This document shows, one piece after another, positions 18,354-27,205 of a stretch of 28,055 bases of DNA. How positions within the stretch are numbered: the first letter of the stretch is position 1; every line of letters begins with the position of its first letter. The translations under genes were made by a program, and so were the position numbers. This DNA is from Myxococcota bacterium. GTDB lineage: Bacteria > Myxococcota > XYA12-FULL-58-9 > JABJBS01. The notes beneath the pieces were generated by a model. It was not told where the DNA came from. It saw only the letters and a list, made by a program, of their open reading frames with translations, and ran no database searches. The stretch spans positions 1 to 28,055 of the forward strand of contig JAYZAY010000086.1 in assembly GCA_036339465.1 (NCBI GenBank). The letters run 5' to 3'.

Positions 18354-18390
18354 ACATAGGTAACAAAATAATCTAAGGACATAGGTACCA
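18354..18390 (+). mobile_element. IS481-type terminal repeat motifs (ACATAGGTAACA ... GGACATAGGTACCA)
   Basis: Two spaced copies of the ACATAGGTA motif typical of IS481-family ends, oriented into the sequence to the right. The terminal TGT is missing. Confidence 0.55.
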
Positions 18391-18654
18391 CTTTTTTTTA
18401 TGTTGGGCTGGTCCGAAGCTTATCTTCCTGACATTCCCTGCAGATGGAAAAACCCAGTCAAACAGAATGAGGAAAACGTTCGATTTTGGGATTCACTTAA
18501 AGAAAGACCTAAGACCGTCAGGCCCACCGCCAGTTGGAGGTGGGGTTGGGGTGATTAGGATTGGTTTGGCTTGCTCCAGAGGAAGGGCTGGGTGGTTTGG
18601 TTTGCATAGGTCGGGCTTGCTCCGCAAGAATCTGAACAGGGGGACTTTGGCCTT

Positions 18655-19326
18655 GGGGGCTCCAGGTAGAGAAATAAATCCCGTGTTTGGGCCTTGCCTT
18701 GGAAAAATCCCCTTGAACATTCGACCCAGGGTTGTTTGTTACTCGCCCCAAAGCAAGAAGGGAAAGAGGGGCAAAAAGGGAAAGAAAGAAAAGAAGAGCC
18801 TGCCATCACTCCCCCCAGAGAAACTTCTCCGGCCAAAGATGTGGCCTTAGCTCCCCCCATGTTTCGGCTGCAGATGGATATCGACCACACCCTCCAGAAA
18901 AAGCTACAAGAAGCTCAAGACTTGATGCCCTATGGCCACAACTCTCTCCAGGAGGTGTTGGCTAAATCTTTGGCGCTGCTGATTGAAGCGCAAATGAAGG
19001 CAAAATTTAAACAAGTCGCGCAGCCTCGCAAAAAACGAGCTTCTCCCCAGAAAAACACCCGCCATATTCCGAGTGCCGTCAAACGGGAAGTGGCCTTGCG
19101 CGACCATTTTCAGTGTCGCTTTGTGGGAAAATCTGGTCGGCGGTGTGGGGAAAAACGGGGATTGGAGTATCACCACCACATCCACGCCTTTGCCCTGGGC
19201 GGCAAACATTTACCTGAGAATCTTACCTTGCTTTGCCGCCGACATAATCAGTGGGACGGGCAACAAACCTTTGGGATCCTGTGGATTTCGAAAGTATCGG
19301 GGGATGGGCGGGTTGTCGGGTTATAA
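18655..19326 (+). pseudogene. HNH endonuclease, N-terminally truncated, copy 2
   Basis: Open C-terminal half FRLQMDID..KKLQEAQDL..RHIPSAVKREVALRDHFQCRFVGKSGRRCGEKRGLEYHHHIHAFALGGKHLPENLTLLCRRHN. It is homologous to 4936-5498 and lacks the LSDxEL N-terminus seen in copy 1. Confidence 0.8.
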
Positions 19327-19349
19327 ACCGTATTCTTTCTCTTGCTTTG

Positions 19350-19572
19350 TTTCTCTCTGGCTGCACCACCGCGCCCTATTTATCAGCTTTGAGGCGTAAG
19401 GAGAGACATGGCTCTCACCTTTTATAAACAAACAATCCGGAATCATAGACACAGAAACCGGAAAACGATTGTTGGTTACTAGCGCCGAACAACAAACCCA
19501 AGAACAACAATCAATCCAAAAGTCTAACCCCTGTTGTTAGAATAAAATGTAACCCATATTTTAACTTGTACA
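19350..19572 (+). mobile_element. Highly decayed IS481-family 3' remnant with right end
   Basis: WLHHRALFIS..GETWL..F..K..GIIDTETG resembles the IS481 transposase C-terminus. The end has GTCTAACCCCTGT and TGTAACCCAT motifs and terminates in TGTACA. Confidence 0.5.
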
Positions 19573-19644
19573 CCCCGAGAAAAAGACTTGTCAGCACGCC
19601 ATCTTCCCCTTAAAAGAAAAGCGAAGAAGCAAGGATAAACCCAG

Positions 19645-20514
19645 ATGCGCTACGACAACCCCCTGTTCCGGCCTCCCAGCGAAGCCCGAAGCTATATTTT
19701 ACAGGCCACCCTGGGGTGCTCATGGAATAAATGCACCTACTGCGCCATGTATCGAACCAAGGAATTCCGGATTCGGTCCCTGAAGGAGAGTCTCGAAGAC
19801 CTCGACCTCGCCCACCAAAAATACGGCCCCTCGGTGGACAAAATATTTGTGGCCGACGGCGATGCCCTCATCATGAATATGGACCATTGGGTGCCCATTC
19901 TAGAAAAGAGTAGGGCACTGTTTCCCAAACTTCGCCGGGTTTCCGCCTACGCCATGGCTCCCAATATCCTCGAAAAAAGCGACGACGAGCTCGCGCGCTT
20001 ACGTGAACTGGGTCTTTCCCGATTCTATATCGGCCCCGAATCCGGCGACGATAAAATCCTGAAGCAAATTGCGAAAGGGGATGATTTCCAGGCTCACGTG
20101 GACGCCGCTCAAAAAGCGAAACGCGCCGGTATCGAACTCTCAGTCATCGCCCTTCTGGGTATCGGTGGCGACCGGGCCGAAGAACACGCCCGCAACACCG
20201 GCAAACTCATCACCGAAATGGACCCCGAATTTTTCTCTGCCCTCACAGTTACCGTGGTGCCCAATACCCCCCTGGCCAAACAAGAGGCCCGGGGCAAATT
20301 CAAGGTCCCCGAAATCCCCGCCCTCCTGCAGGAATTGCAATGGATGGTCATGGAAGCCAACCCCAACCACACCGTGTTTCGCACCAATCACGCCTCCAAC
20401 TATCTCCCCCTAGCCGGCAATCTCCCGGAAGACCGCGACCGAATCGTGGACCTTATCGAGCAAGCCGTCCGAGGTGAATTGGCCCTTCGGCCGGAGTGGC
20501 TGCGAGGACTCTAA
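19645..20514 (+). CDS. Radical SAM protein (RPPSE...TNHASNY family)
   Basis: CxxxCxxC (CSWNKCTYC), FRPPSEA, FVADGDAL, YIGPESG and FRTNHASNYLPL. Confidence 0.92.
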   Translation: MRYDNPLFRPPSEARSYILQATLGCSWNKCTYCAMYRTKEFRIRSLKESLEDLDLAHQKYGPSVDKIFVADGDALIMNMDHWVPILEKSRALFPKLRRVSAYAMAPNILEKSDDELARLRELGLSRFYIGPESGDDKILKQIAKGDDFQAHVDAAQKAKRAGIELSVIALLGIGGDRAEEHARNTGKLITEMDPEFFSALTVTVVPNTPLAKQEARGKFKVPEIPALLQELQWMVMEANPNHTVFRTNHASNYLPLAGNLPEDRDRIVDLIEQAVRGELALRPEWLRGL

Positions 20515-20517
20515 CCC

Positions 20518-21233
20518 ATGCCCCCCACGGCCCTCCAGACATCTTGGAACCGCTACCTCTGGGGCATCACCCTCAGCTTTCTCCTCCCTAGCCCCTGGTC
20601 TGGATATTCCCAACTTGGGCCAACACCCGCAATTGGCAACTCCTACTCAGCGCAGGGGGCATTCTCTTCGCCCTGAAATCCCGAGACAACCTCAAGGACT
20701 GGAAAACCCTGGTGCTCACCGCTCCGCAACAACTCAGATTGGGTCTGGCCAGCCTCTGGGCCTTCCTCACCGCCTTAAGCTGCCAATACCTCGCGTTCAA
20801 AACCAACGGCATCGACTTCAGCGTCTTTGATTTTGCCCTCCACAACACCTACGCCGAGAATTTCATGTACAGTCCCATGCTCGACTGCAATCAATATGGG
20901 ATGCACCCCTCCCATATCCTCCTGCCCCTAGCCGGCCTCCATGGCCTCTTTCAAAGCCCCTGGTTTCTGGTGCTTACCCATGGTGTGGTGCTCTGGTGCA
21001 GCATCCTTCTTCTATGGCAATTGTCCAAACGACTCCTCAATAATGACGTGCTGGCCACCCTCTTAAGCTACGGTTTTTTAACCTTCACCCTCACGGGGAG
21101 GATCCTGAATTACGGTTTCCACGTGGAGCTCTTCTACGTGCCCTTTGGGTTGTGGCTGGCCCTCGGCTGGATTGAAAACCGCCCCAAAATATTTTTAACA
21201 AAGAGTTTCCCCACGGTGGCGTCTGAAAAATAG
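20518..21233 (+). pseudogene. DUF2079-like membrane protein, frameshifted and 3'-truncated
   Basis: ATG lies 3 bp after the radical SAM stop. Adding one C to the C-run near 20592 would join it to the 20712 ORF frame. Motifs are DFSVFD..LHN, GMHPSHILLPL and GFHVE. Similarity stops abruptly near 21197. Confidence 0.7.
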
Positions 21234-21501
21234 CTGTATTTAGTGCAAGAAAAGTAGTTATTGACACACGATGTGTGTGATTTCCAATGCCACTCATATT
21301 CTCATAACTGGAAACGTATTTCGGTGGCGACCAGGCAGGGGGGGGCCCACCGGCAAATCTGCTTAGTTGTAGAAAGATTCGCTGCTCGACTGGTTTTGCC
21401 GCGTGGTGTTTTACATCGAGGCATCTAGGGCGATTACCTCGGTATAAAACCCTAAGCGGCATTCAAAGCCAACATCCTGAGCCCCGCAAGGGAGCCACAG
21501 G

Positions 21502-23763
21502 CTACTGCTGAGAGAGACGTTTGGCCTTGAGAATTAATTCAATCAAACCCCGACGATGTCCCGCTTTATCGTTCCCCGCCGCCCGGCTCGCCACGTCATA
21601 CACGGAATCATAGCTCCAACTTCCTTTGTGAGTTGAGCCCCGAAGCAACATTCCAAAGCCGGCCACGGCGGTTGCGAAGCGGGTGTCGGACGAAGCTGCG
21701 GCAAAACTCCCCACAGACTGCGTCACAGGAAACTCCAAGAGACGGCTGACATCCGCTTGCCCTGCCGCAGGTTTCACCGCGGGTTTGTAGCGAAGCTTCA
21801 CCGTCATCCATTCCTCACTTCCCGCGTCTGTGTTGGGGCTCGCCTTTTTCTGGTATTTTAGCGGATCCACCTCGGACTTTCCCGCCAGGGCAGGGGGTAC
21901 CAATTCATAGAGCGCAGTCACGGTATGGCCCGCACCGATTTCACCGGCATCCTTTTTGTCGTCATTGAAATCCCGGGCCGCCAACCGGCGATTTTCGTAG
22001 CCGATGAGCCGATAGGATCCCACTTTGGCAGGGTTGAATTCCACCTGGATTTTCACGTCCCGGGCGATGGTGACCATGGTTGCACCAAATTGCTCCACCA
22101 AAGCCTTTTGGGCTTCCAACATGGAATCTATGTAGGCGTAATTGCCGTTACCCTTGCCAGACAAGAGTTCTAGGGATGCATCCTGATAGTTGCCCATACC
22201 GAAACCCAACACTGAGAGAAACACCCCCGACTTGGCCTTTTCCACAATGAGACGCTCCAGCTCACCGCGACTGGAGGTGCCCACGTTGAAATCGCCGTCG
22301 GTGGCCAAAATCACCCGATTGATCCCATCCTTCACGAAATGGTCCTTGGCGATATCGTAGGCCAAATGAATGCCCGCCCCACCATTGGTGGATCCCCCTG
22401 CGCTCAACCGCGCCAAAGCCGCCAAGATTTTTTTCTCTTCCGAAACGGAGGTGGAAGGAAGCACCAAACCGGAAGCTCCCGCATAAACAACAATCGCCAC
22501 CCGGTCGCGGCTGGTGAGCTGCGCAAGTAAGAGTCCGAGGGATTTCTTCAGCAAAGGTAGCTTATTGGCTTGATTCATGGAACCGGAAACATCCAATAAA
22601 AAAACCAGATTCGCCGCCGGGCGGTTTTTTAGGTCGATCGCCTGACCCCTCAAGCCAATACGCGCCAAGTAATGACCTTCCTTCCAAGGACAGGGGACGA
22701 TTTCCACATTGGTGGAAAACGGCGCATCACTCTTTGGGGGCGGAGCAGGGTAATTATACCTAAAATAATTCACCATCTCCTCAATGCGCACGGAATCCTT
22801 CGGAGGTAGACGTCCCTGATCGAGAAATCGTCGCATATTAGAATAGGCCGCAGTGTCTACGTCCACGGAAAAAGTGGAGAGGGGTGTGTCCACAGACTTC
22901 CTAAAATCAGACTCCGGAAGTGGATCGTAATCCTCTCGGTTGAACGCCTCCCCCGGTGGAGGCGGCGCCATCATCATTTGCTTGGACTTAAGGGCTCGAG
23001 TCCGAGAATGGGCCTTCCCAAGCCTGGCCTTTTGACCAATGGTGAAACCTCCAGGGAGGGCACCACTGGTCCCGTTCAGTCCTTTGAAGTGATAGGCGAG
23101 TTCCGGCGCCGCTTGATCCTGGCCCTCTGCCGCCATCTCCAAAGGGCTCGACGCGGGGATTTTTTTACGCACCACTTTTTCTGCTTTGGGCACTGGTCCT
23201 GCACCCCGGGCACTGGTCACCCCCGCTATCCCCTGGGCTTTCCCTTCGGCCATCGCCTTGGTGGTTGACTTGCCCCGAGCTCCTCCTGTGATTTCACTCT
23301 CCCCCACGGTGACTTCATCCAGGACATCCAGGACCCCAACCCCCTCTTCCTTTTTGGACTGGGGGCTCACCGTGGAAACCAACGGCGGTGGCGTGACCAT
23401 GGGCTCCTCCTGATGGAGGTCCGGTACCGAACTACCGGTATCGCTCAAGTCCAGCACCCGAACACCAATCACCGCCACCAAACAGGCCGCAAAGGCCGTG
23501 GCCAAGGGTTTAAAGGCCCGGGATGGGGTACCAAAATCAGGTTTCACCACGTCGGCCATGGGGGAAGTGGGGGACTTCATTTCCGGGAGAGGTTCGGCCT
23601 TGAGCTCTTCTTGGAGGGCCGCGGCCAACGCTTGGATCTCATCAATTTCCTGAACAAGTTCGGGATTGACCGAAAGCTCGGCCTCAAAAGCCTGTTGTTC
23701 TTCTTCACTCATCTCACCTAAGGCATAGGCGGTGATACGTGGGTCTTGGTTAGATACATTCAT
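21502..23763 (-). CDS. YfbK-like VWA domain protein with N-terminal anti-sigma-like segment and TM helix
   Basis: PLSTFSVDVDTAAYSN, VRIEEMVNYF, MIDAS DVSGSM, LATDGDFNVG, YRLIGYENR and DAGEIGAGH. The N-terminus has ITAYALGEMSEEEQQAFE followed by a hydrophobic helix. Confidence 0.93.
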   Translation of the reverse strand: MNVSNQDPRITAYALGEMSEEEQQAFEAELSVNPELVQEIDEIQALAAALQEELKAEPLPEMKSPTSPMADVVKPDFGTPSRAFKPLATAFAACLVAVIGVRVLDLSDTGSSVPDLHQEEPMVTPPPLVSTVSPQSKKEEGVGVLDVLDEVTVGESEITGGARGKSTTKAMAEGKAQGIAGVTSARGAGPVPKAEKVVRKKIPASSPLEMAAEGQDQAAPELAYHFKGLNGTSGALPGGFTIGQKARLGKAHSRTRALKSKQMMMAPPPPGEAFNREDYDPLPESDFRKSVDTPLSTFSVDVDTAAYSNMRRFLDQGRLPPKDSVRIEEMVNYFRYNYPAPPPKSDAPFSTNVEIVPCPWKEGHYLARIGLRGQAIDLKNRPAANLVFLLDVSGSMNQANKLPLLKKSLGLLLAQLTSRDRVAIVVYAGASGLVLPSTSVSEEKKILAALARLSAGGSTNGGAGIHLAYDIAKDHFVKDGINRVILATDGDFNVGTSSRGELERLIVEKAKSGVFLSVLGFGMGNYQDASLELLSGKGNGNYAYIDSMLEAQKALVEQFGATMVTIARDVKIQVEFNPAKVGSYRLIGYENRRLAARDFNDDKKDAGEIGAGHTVTALYELVPPALAGKSEVDPLKYQKKASPNTDAGSEEWMTVKLRYKPAVKPAAGQADVSRLLEFPVTQSVGSFAAASSDTRFATAVAGFGMLLRGSTHKGSWSYDSVYDVASRAAGNDKAGHRRGLIELILKAKRLSQQ

Positions 23764-24278
23764 TGTGCCCCTCCTTTTTTCTTCGCCGCGATTCTCATTT
23801 TTGTCAGGGCCCTATGGATGGTAACCCCCACATGGCTTTGACTTAGACCGGTAATGTCTGAAATTTCCCGGTAGCTACAGTCGCTCTGAAATTTCAACCG
23901 CACCACTTCTTGCTCTTGCTCGGCGAGGGCGAGAAGAAATTGCCTTAGGGTCTGCCGGTCCTCTTTTTTTGCCAGCGCCGAAAACGCCGATGGCCCGGTG
24001 GCCAAAGGCGGCTTATCCTGAACCGTATCGATGGGCTGCATTTTTTTCTCCTTCTTACGTAAATCGAAACAACGGTTCCGGCAGACGGTAAAAAGCCATG
24101 CCCGAAGATTCGCCTCCACCTTTTCCTGCGACTGTTTCAAGAATCGCTCAAAGGTGTCTTGCACCGCGTCCCTAGCCAACTCCGAGTTCCGAAGTAAATG
24201 AAAGGCGTAGCGTATTAAGTGCGGCTCAAATTCCGGGATTTTTTCTCCGTGCCAGGCAGTTCCTTGCGATGAATTCAA
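23760..24278 (-). CDS. ECF RNA polymerase sigma-70 family factor
   Basis: Region 2 ARDAVQDTF..RAWLFTVCRNRCFD and region 4 SYREISDITG..VGVTIHRA. It has an ATGA overlap with the VWA gene. TTG 24278 after AAGGAG is preferred as the start. Confidence 0.93.
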   Translation of the reverse strand: MNSSQGTAWHGEKIPEFEPHLIRYAFHLLRNSELARDAVQDTFERFLKQSQEKVEANLRAWLFTVCRNRCFDLRKKEKKMQPIDTVQDKPPLATGPSAFSALAKKEDRQTLRQFLLALAEQEQEVVRLKFQSDCSYREISDITGLSQSHVGVTIHRALTKMRIAAKKKGGAQ

Positions 24279-24331
24279 TTCAATCTCCTTACGCCGAGAA
24301 GTGCGCACGCTTCGTGAGCGCTATCTCCAGA

Positions 24332-24357
24332 AACGACTCAACGGAAACTCTCTTACA
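24332..24357 (-). promoter_or_regulatory. Candidate ECF auto-regulatory promoter TGTAAG-N16-CGTT
   Basis: The minus strand reads TGTAAG agagtttccgttgagt CGTT about 55 bp upstream of the ECF start, matching the general ECF -35/-10 layout. Confidence 0.4.
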
Positions 24358-24483
24358 GAAAAAAAACAGAGGGCCCAAAAAAGGAGTGAAAAATTCTCAA
24401 AACCGTGCCGAGAACCGGGAACCAAAAAACGACCCACGAAGTCATCTAGGCCACCTCACAAAATAACGCCATAAACCTCAACC

Positions 24484-24751
24484 ATGCCCCGAAAGCACAC
24501 CCATAAACATTCTTCCCCTCTAAACCCTCACTCCCTCTCTTCTGGGTGGCTGTGAGGACCAAGCCCTGCAAACCTCGCTCAGTTCACCGGATGAGACCGT
24601 CGGAGTTCAGGTAGAACAAAAGGTTTCCACCGCCATACCCAAATCCGCCCGAGACTCCAAAGCGAACCCAAACCTCAGTGCCCAAAACATTTTTCAAATC
24701 GCTCTAAATACCGCCGACGGCTTCATCACCACCCTCAAACCCTTTCCTTGA
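24484..24751 (+). pseudogene. Decayed lipoprotein gene fragment
   Basis: MPRKH, then a frameshift and stop, then TLTPSLLGGC-EDQALQTSLSSPD... This contains a lipobox (LGGC at 24542-24553), and the frame stays open to TGA 24749-24751. Confidence 0.4.
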
Positions 24752-24795
24752 CCCCCTAACTTGTTCGAAGCAGGGCTTTTGTCTAGGCTTGCAAT

Positions 24796-25542
24796 ATGAA
24801 GCGGATCTTGGTTTTCCAACATGTTCCCTATGAACCCCTGGGAACTCTGGACCCCTTGCTCAAAAAAGCAGGTTTTCGGATCCGTTACGTAAACTTCAGC
24901 CGTGAACCTAAGGCGAATCCGTCCATCGAAAAGTACGATGGCGTGGTCGCGTTGGGTGGCCCCATGAACGTAGGCCAAGTTGAAGACTACCCCCATTTGG
25001 CCACTGAAATTAGGGTCCTCCAAAAATGTATCGCCAATGAAATGCCGATCCTCGGGATCTGCTTAGGCGCACAACTGCTCAGCAAAGCCCTCGGGGGGAA
25101 AGTCACCCCAAACCCACAAAGAGAAGTCGGCTGGTATGACGTCACCTTGACCGAAGAAGGCCAAAAAGATCCCCTCCTAAAACACCTCGAAGTGAGCCAT
25201 CCCATCTTCCAGTGGCATGGGGATACTTTTTCAATTCCCCCCGGCGCAACCCACCTAGCCACCACGTCAACCTGCACCAATCAGGCTTTTCGGTACAAAG
25301 ACAACATCTACGGATTTCAGTTTCACTTGGAAGTGGACCAATCCCTCATCGGTCGCTGGCTCAACACACCCCGCTACGTGGAAGAGATGAAATCATGCAA
25401 CTCTTGCAAGACCCCAGAGGAAATCATCGCGACTACGGAAAAAAATATTGTCGCCGCCACCGATTTAAGCCTTAAGGTCTTTGGCGCCTTCATTGATTTA
25501 TTTGGATTCACCAAGCAATTTCGAAGCGTCAGTTCAAAATAG
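24796..25542 (+). CDS. Type 1 glutamine amidotransferase
   Basis: Motifs FQHVPYEPLG, LGGPM, catalytic GICLGAQL, FQWHGDTF and GFQFHLE. Confidence 0.95.
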   Translation: MKRILVFQHVPYEPLGTLDPLLKKAGFRIRYVNFSREPKANPSIEKYDGVVALGGPMNVGQVEDYPHLATEIRVLQKCIANEMPILGICLGAQLLSKALGGKVTPNPQREVGWYDVTLTEEGQKDPLLKHLEVSHPIFQWHGDTFSIPPGATHLATTSTCTNQAFRYKDNIYGFQFHLEVDQSLIGRWLNTPRYVEEMKSCNSCKTPEEIIATTEKNIVAATDLSLKVFGAFIDLFGFTKQFRSVSSK

Positions 25543-25574
25543 CCATTGAGCTATTCCATAAAGCGCATAGAGTG

Positions 25575-25598
25575 TTTAAAGGCTTTAAAGCCTTTAAA
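25575..25598. repeat. Perfect 24-bp palindrome TTTAAAGGCTTTAAAGCCTTTAAA
   Basis: Equal to its own reverse complement; intergenic between the GATase and EI24 genes. Confidence 0.9.
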
Positions 25599-25612
25599 AC
25601 AAGACCGTCACC

Positions 25613-26353
25613 ATGAACAAAAGCCTAAAACACCTCACCATTGGGCTAACCGCTCCCTTCCTGGGGCTCCGCTTCCTCAAGGATAATCCCAAGCTTCTGG
25701 GAATCGCCTGGATCCCCTTGGGGCTTGGCCTCATCTGGAGCATCATTAGCATCATCGCGCTTTATCGCCCCCCCGAGTCAGAGATTTGGTACTGGCGCTA
25801 TCTGGGTTTCGCCTACCTCGGAATCGTGGAAGGCAGCCTCTTCCTCGTTCAATTCTACATTGCCCTCACATCCCCGCTCTTAGATTTAATCAGTGAGAGG
25901 AGCGAAGCAACCCTAGGCCGAAAACCACCCCAATGGCCCATGCCGAAATCGCTACTGCACCCCAAGTTCTGGTGGCAAAGCCTTAGAACCTTAACCGAAG
26001 CCCTGAAACTCCTCGGTTTCAAAATCCTTCTGTGGCTCATATCCTTCCTTCTCGAACCCATCCCATGGCTGGGCACCCCCATGGCATTCACCTTGCGGGG
26101 ACTAGCCACAGGCATTGATTTCCTGGATTACCCACTCGCCAGAGGTAATCTCAACCTCAAAGACAAACTCCACCAGGCACGCCACAACACCGGTCTGTTA
26201 ACAGGCTTCTGCCTCTCGGTTTTTTGCCTTTCATCTTGCCCTGGCCTGGGGGGAATCATGCTGGTTCCCGGGGTTATCGGTGCGGCAATTATCGTTTCCA
26301 AGTATTGGATATTCCCTTGCAACCCCCGAAAAAACCGGGCACCGTTGCGGTAG
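25613..26353 (+). CDS. EI24/CysZ-like membrane protein
   Basis: Several TM segments, SPLLDLISERSE, IPWLG and DFLDYPLAR. Confidence 0.8.
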   Translation: MNKSLKHLTIGLTAPFLGLRFLKDNPKLLGIAWIPLGLGLIWSIISIIALYRPPESEIWYWRYLGFAYLGIVEGSLFLVQFYIALTSPLLDLISERSEATLGRKPPQWPMPKSLLHPKFWWQSLRTLTEALKLLGFKILLWLISFLLEPIPWLGTPMAFTLRGLATGIDFLDYPLARGNLNLKDKLHQARHNTGLLTGFCLSVFCLSSCPGLGGIMLVPGVIGAAIIVSKYWIFPCNPRKNRAPLR

Positions 26354-26378
26354 GGGGTTGTAGGGGGAAAAAAATATC

Positions 26379-27125
26379 ATGACGAATCAATCATTATTGT
26401 TTAGTGGTCTCGTGGGCGTGTGCCTCATGGCCACATTGAGTCAACACCGCACCATCCAAAAGCTGGACTCAAAAATCGCAAAACTCCAACAGCACCTCGA
26501 AGTGATAAAACTGGAAAAGGAGGACGCAACCAAGAGGCCACCTATAGAAAATCCCAAAATAGCCATCGCCAACTTATTCAAGTCCCAACCTGAAGCGTTT
26601 CCCAAAAGAGCCATGCACCCAGAAAACAATGGCAACATTCAAGTCGACGATGATTCCGAAGCAAACACCACGAAAGAAAAACTAGACCAGCTGCAATCAC
26701 AGCTGGATTCCCTCTTAAGTGAGGCGGTTTTAGATGACGACGAAAGTAAAGACCGACTCCGAACACTCTTTAGAACAGAACAAGATTCATGGTGGGAACA
26801 ACGCCAAGAAGAAAGGCGAGAGCGGCGCCAAAAACACCAACACACGAAAATCCAAAACTTCTCCTCCACAGCAAATCTATCGGAATCTCAGCAGGAAGAC
26901 CTGAGCATTCTCCTTAAAAGCGAAAGAAAATCCATTCGAGAAGCATTTGCCCTGGCACGACAGGGGGCTATTCCGTGGCCTAACGCCATCCAAAAAGCCG
27001 AAATGCTCAAAATATCCACCAAAGAAGAAGCCAAGGAAATTCTGGATGAGGAGCAATTCGAGCAATTTGAGACCACATTTGGAAATCACCGACAAACCAG
27101 CCGGCATGAACTCAGGAGATTCTAA
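26379..27125 (+). CDS. Hypothetical protein with N-terminal membrane anchor/signal and coiled coil
   Basis: Hydrophobic N-terminus, charged helical body, and NLSESQQ / ILDEEQFEQF motifs reminiscent of Spy/CpxP-like LTxxQ repeats. Confidence 0.75.
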   Translation: MTNQSLLFSGLVGVCLMATLSQHRTIQKLDSKIAKLQQHLEVIKLEKEDATKRPPIENPKIAIANLFKSQPEAFPKRAMHPENNGNIQVDDDSEANTTKEKLDQLQSQLDSLLSEAVLDDDESKDRLRTLFRTEQDSWWEQRQEERRERRQKHQHTKIQNFSSTANLSESQQEDLSILLKSERKSIREAFALARQGAIPWPNAIQKAEMLKISTKEEAKEILDEEQFEQFETTFGNHRQTSRHELRRF

Positions 27126-27205
27126 GACCCACGAAACCGCGCACAATAAACTTCCATCGATCTCTATCTCTTGCTAGAATTTCGAGGCTGACCTTGAGGG
27201 AACCG

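Noticed and set aside
21476..21500. CCC-GCAA-GGG hairpin after the VWA gene as a terminator or REP
   Set aside because: The stem is short and bulged, has no U-tract, and occurs once in the window.
24543..24641. Long imperfect hairpin as 6S or SRP RNA
   Set aside because: It lacks the SRP GGAA/AGCAG motif, is too short for 6S, and pairs only patchily. The same DNA reads as a lipobox-containing pseudogene.
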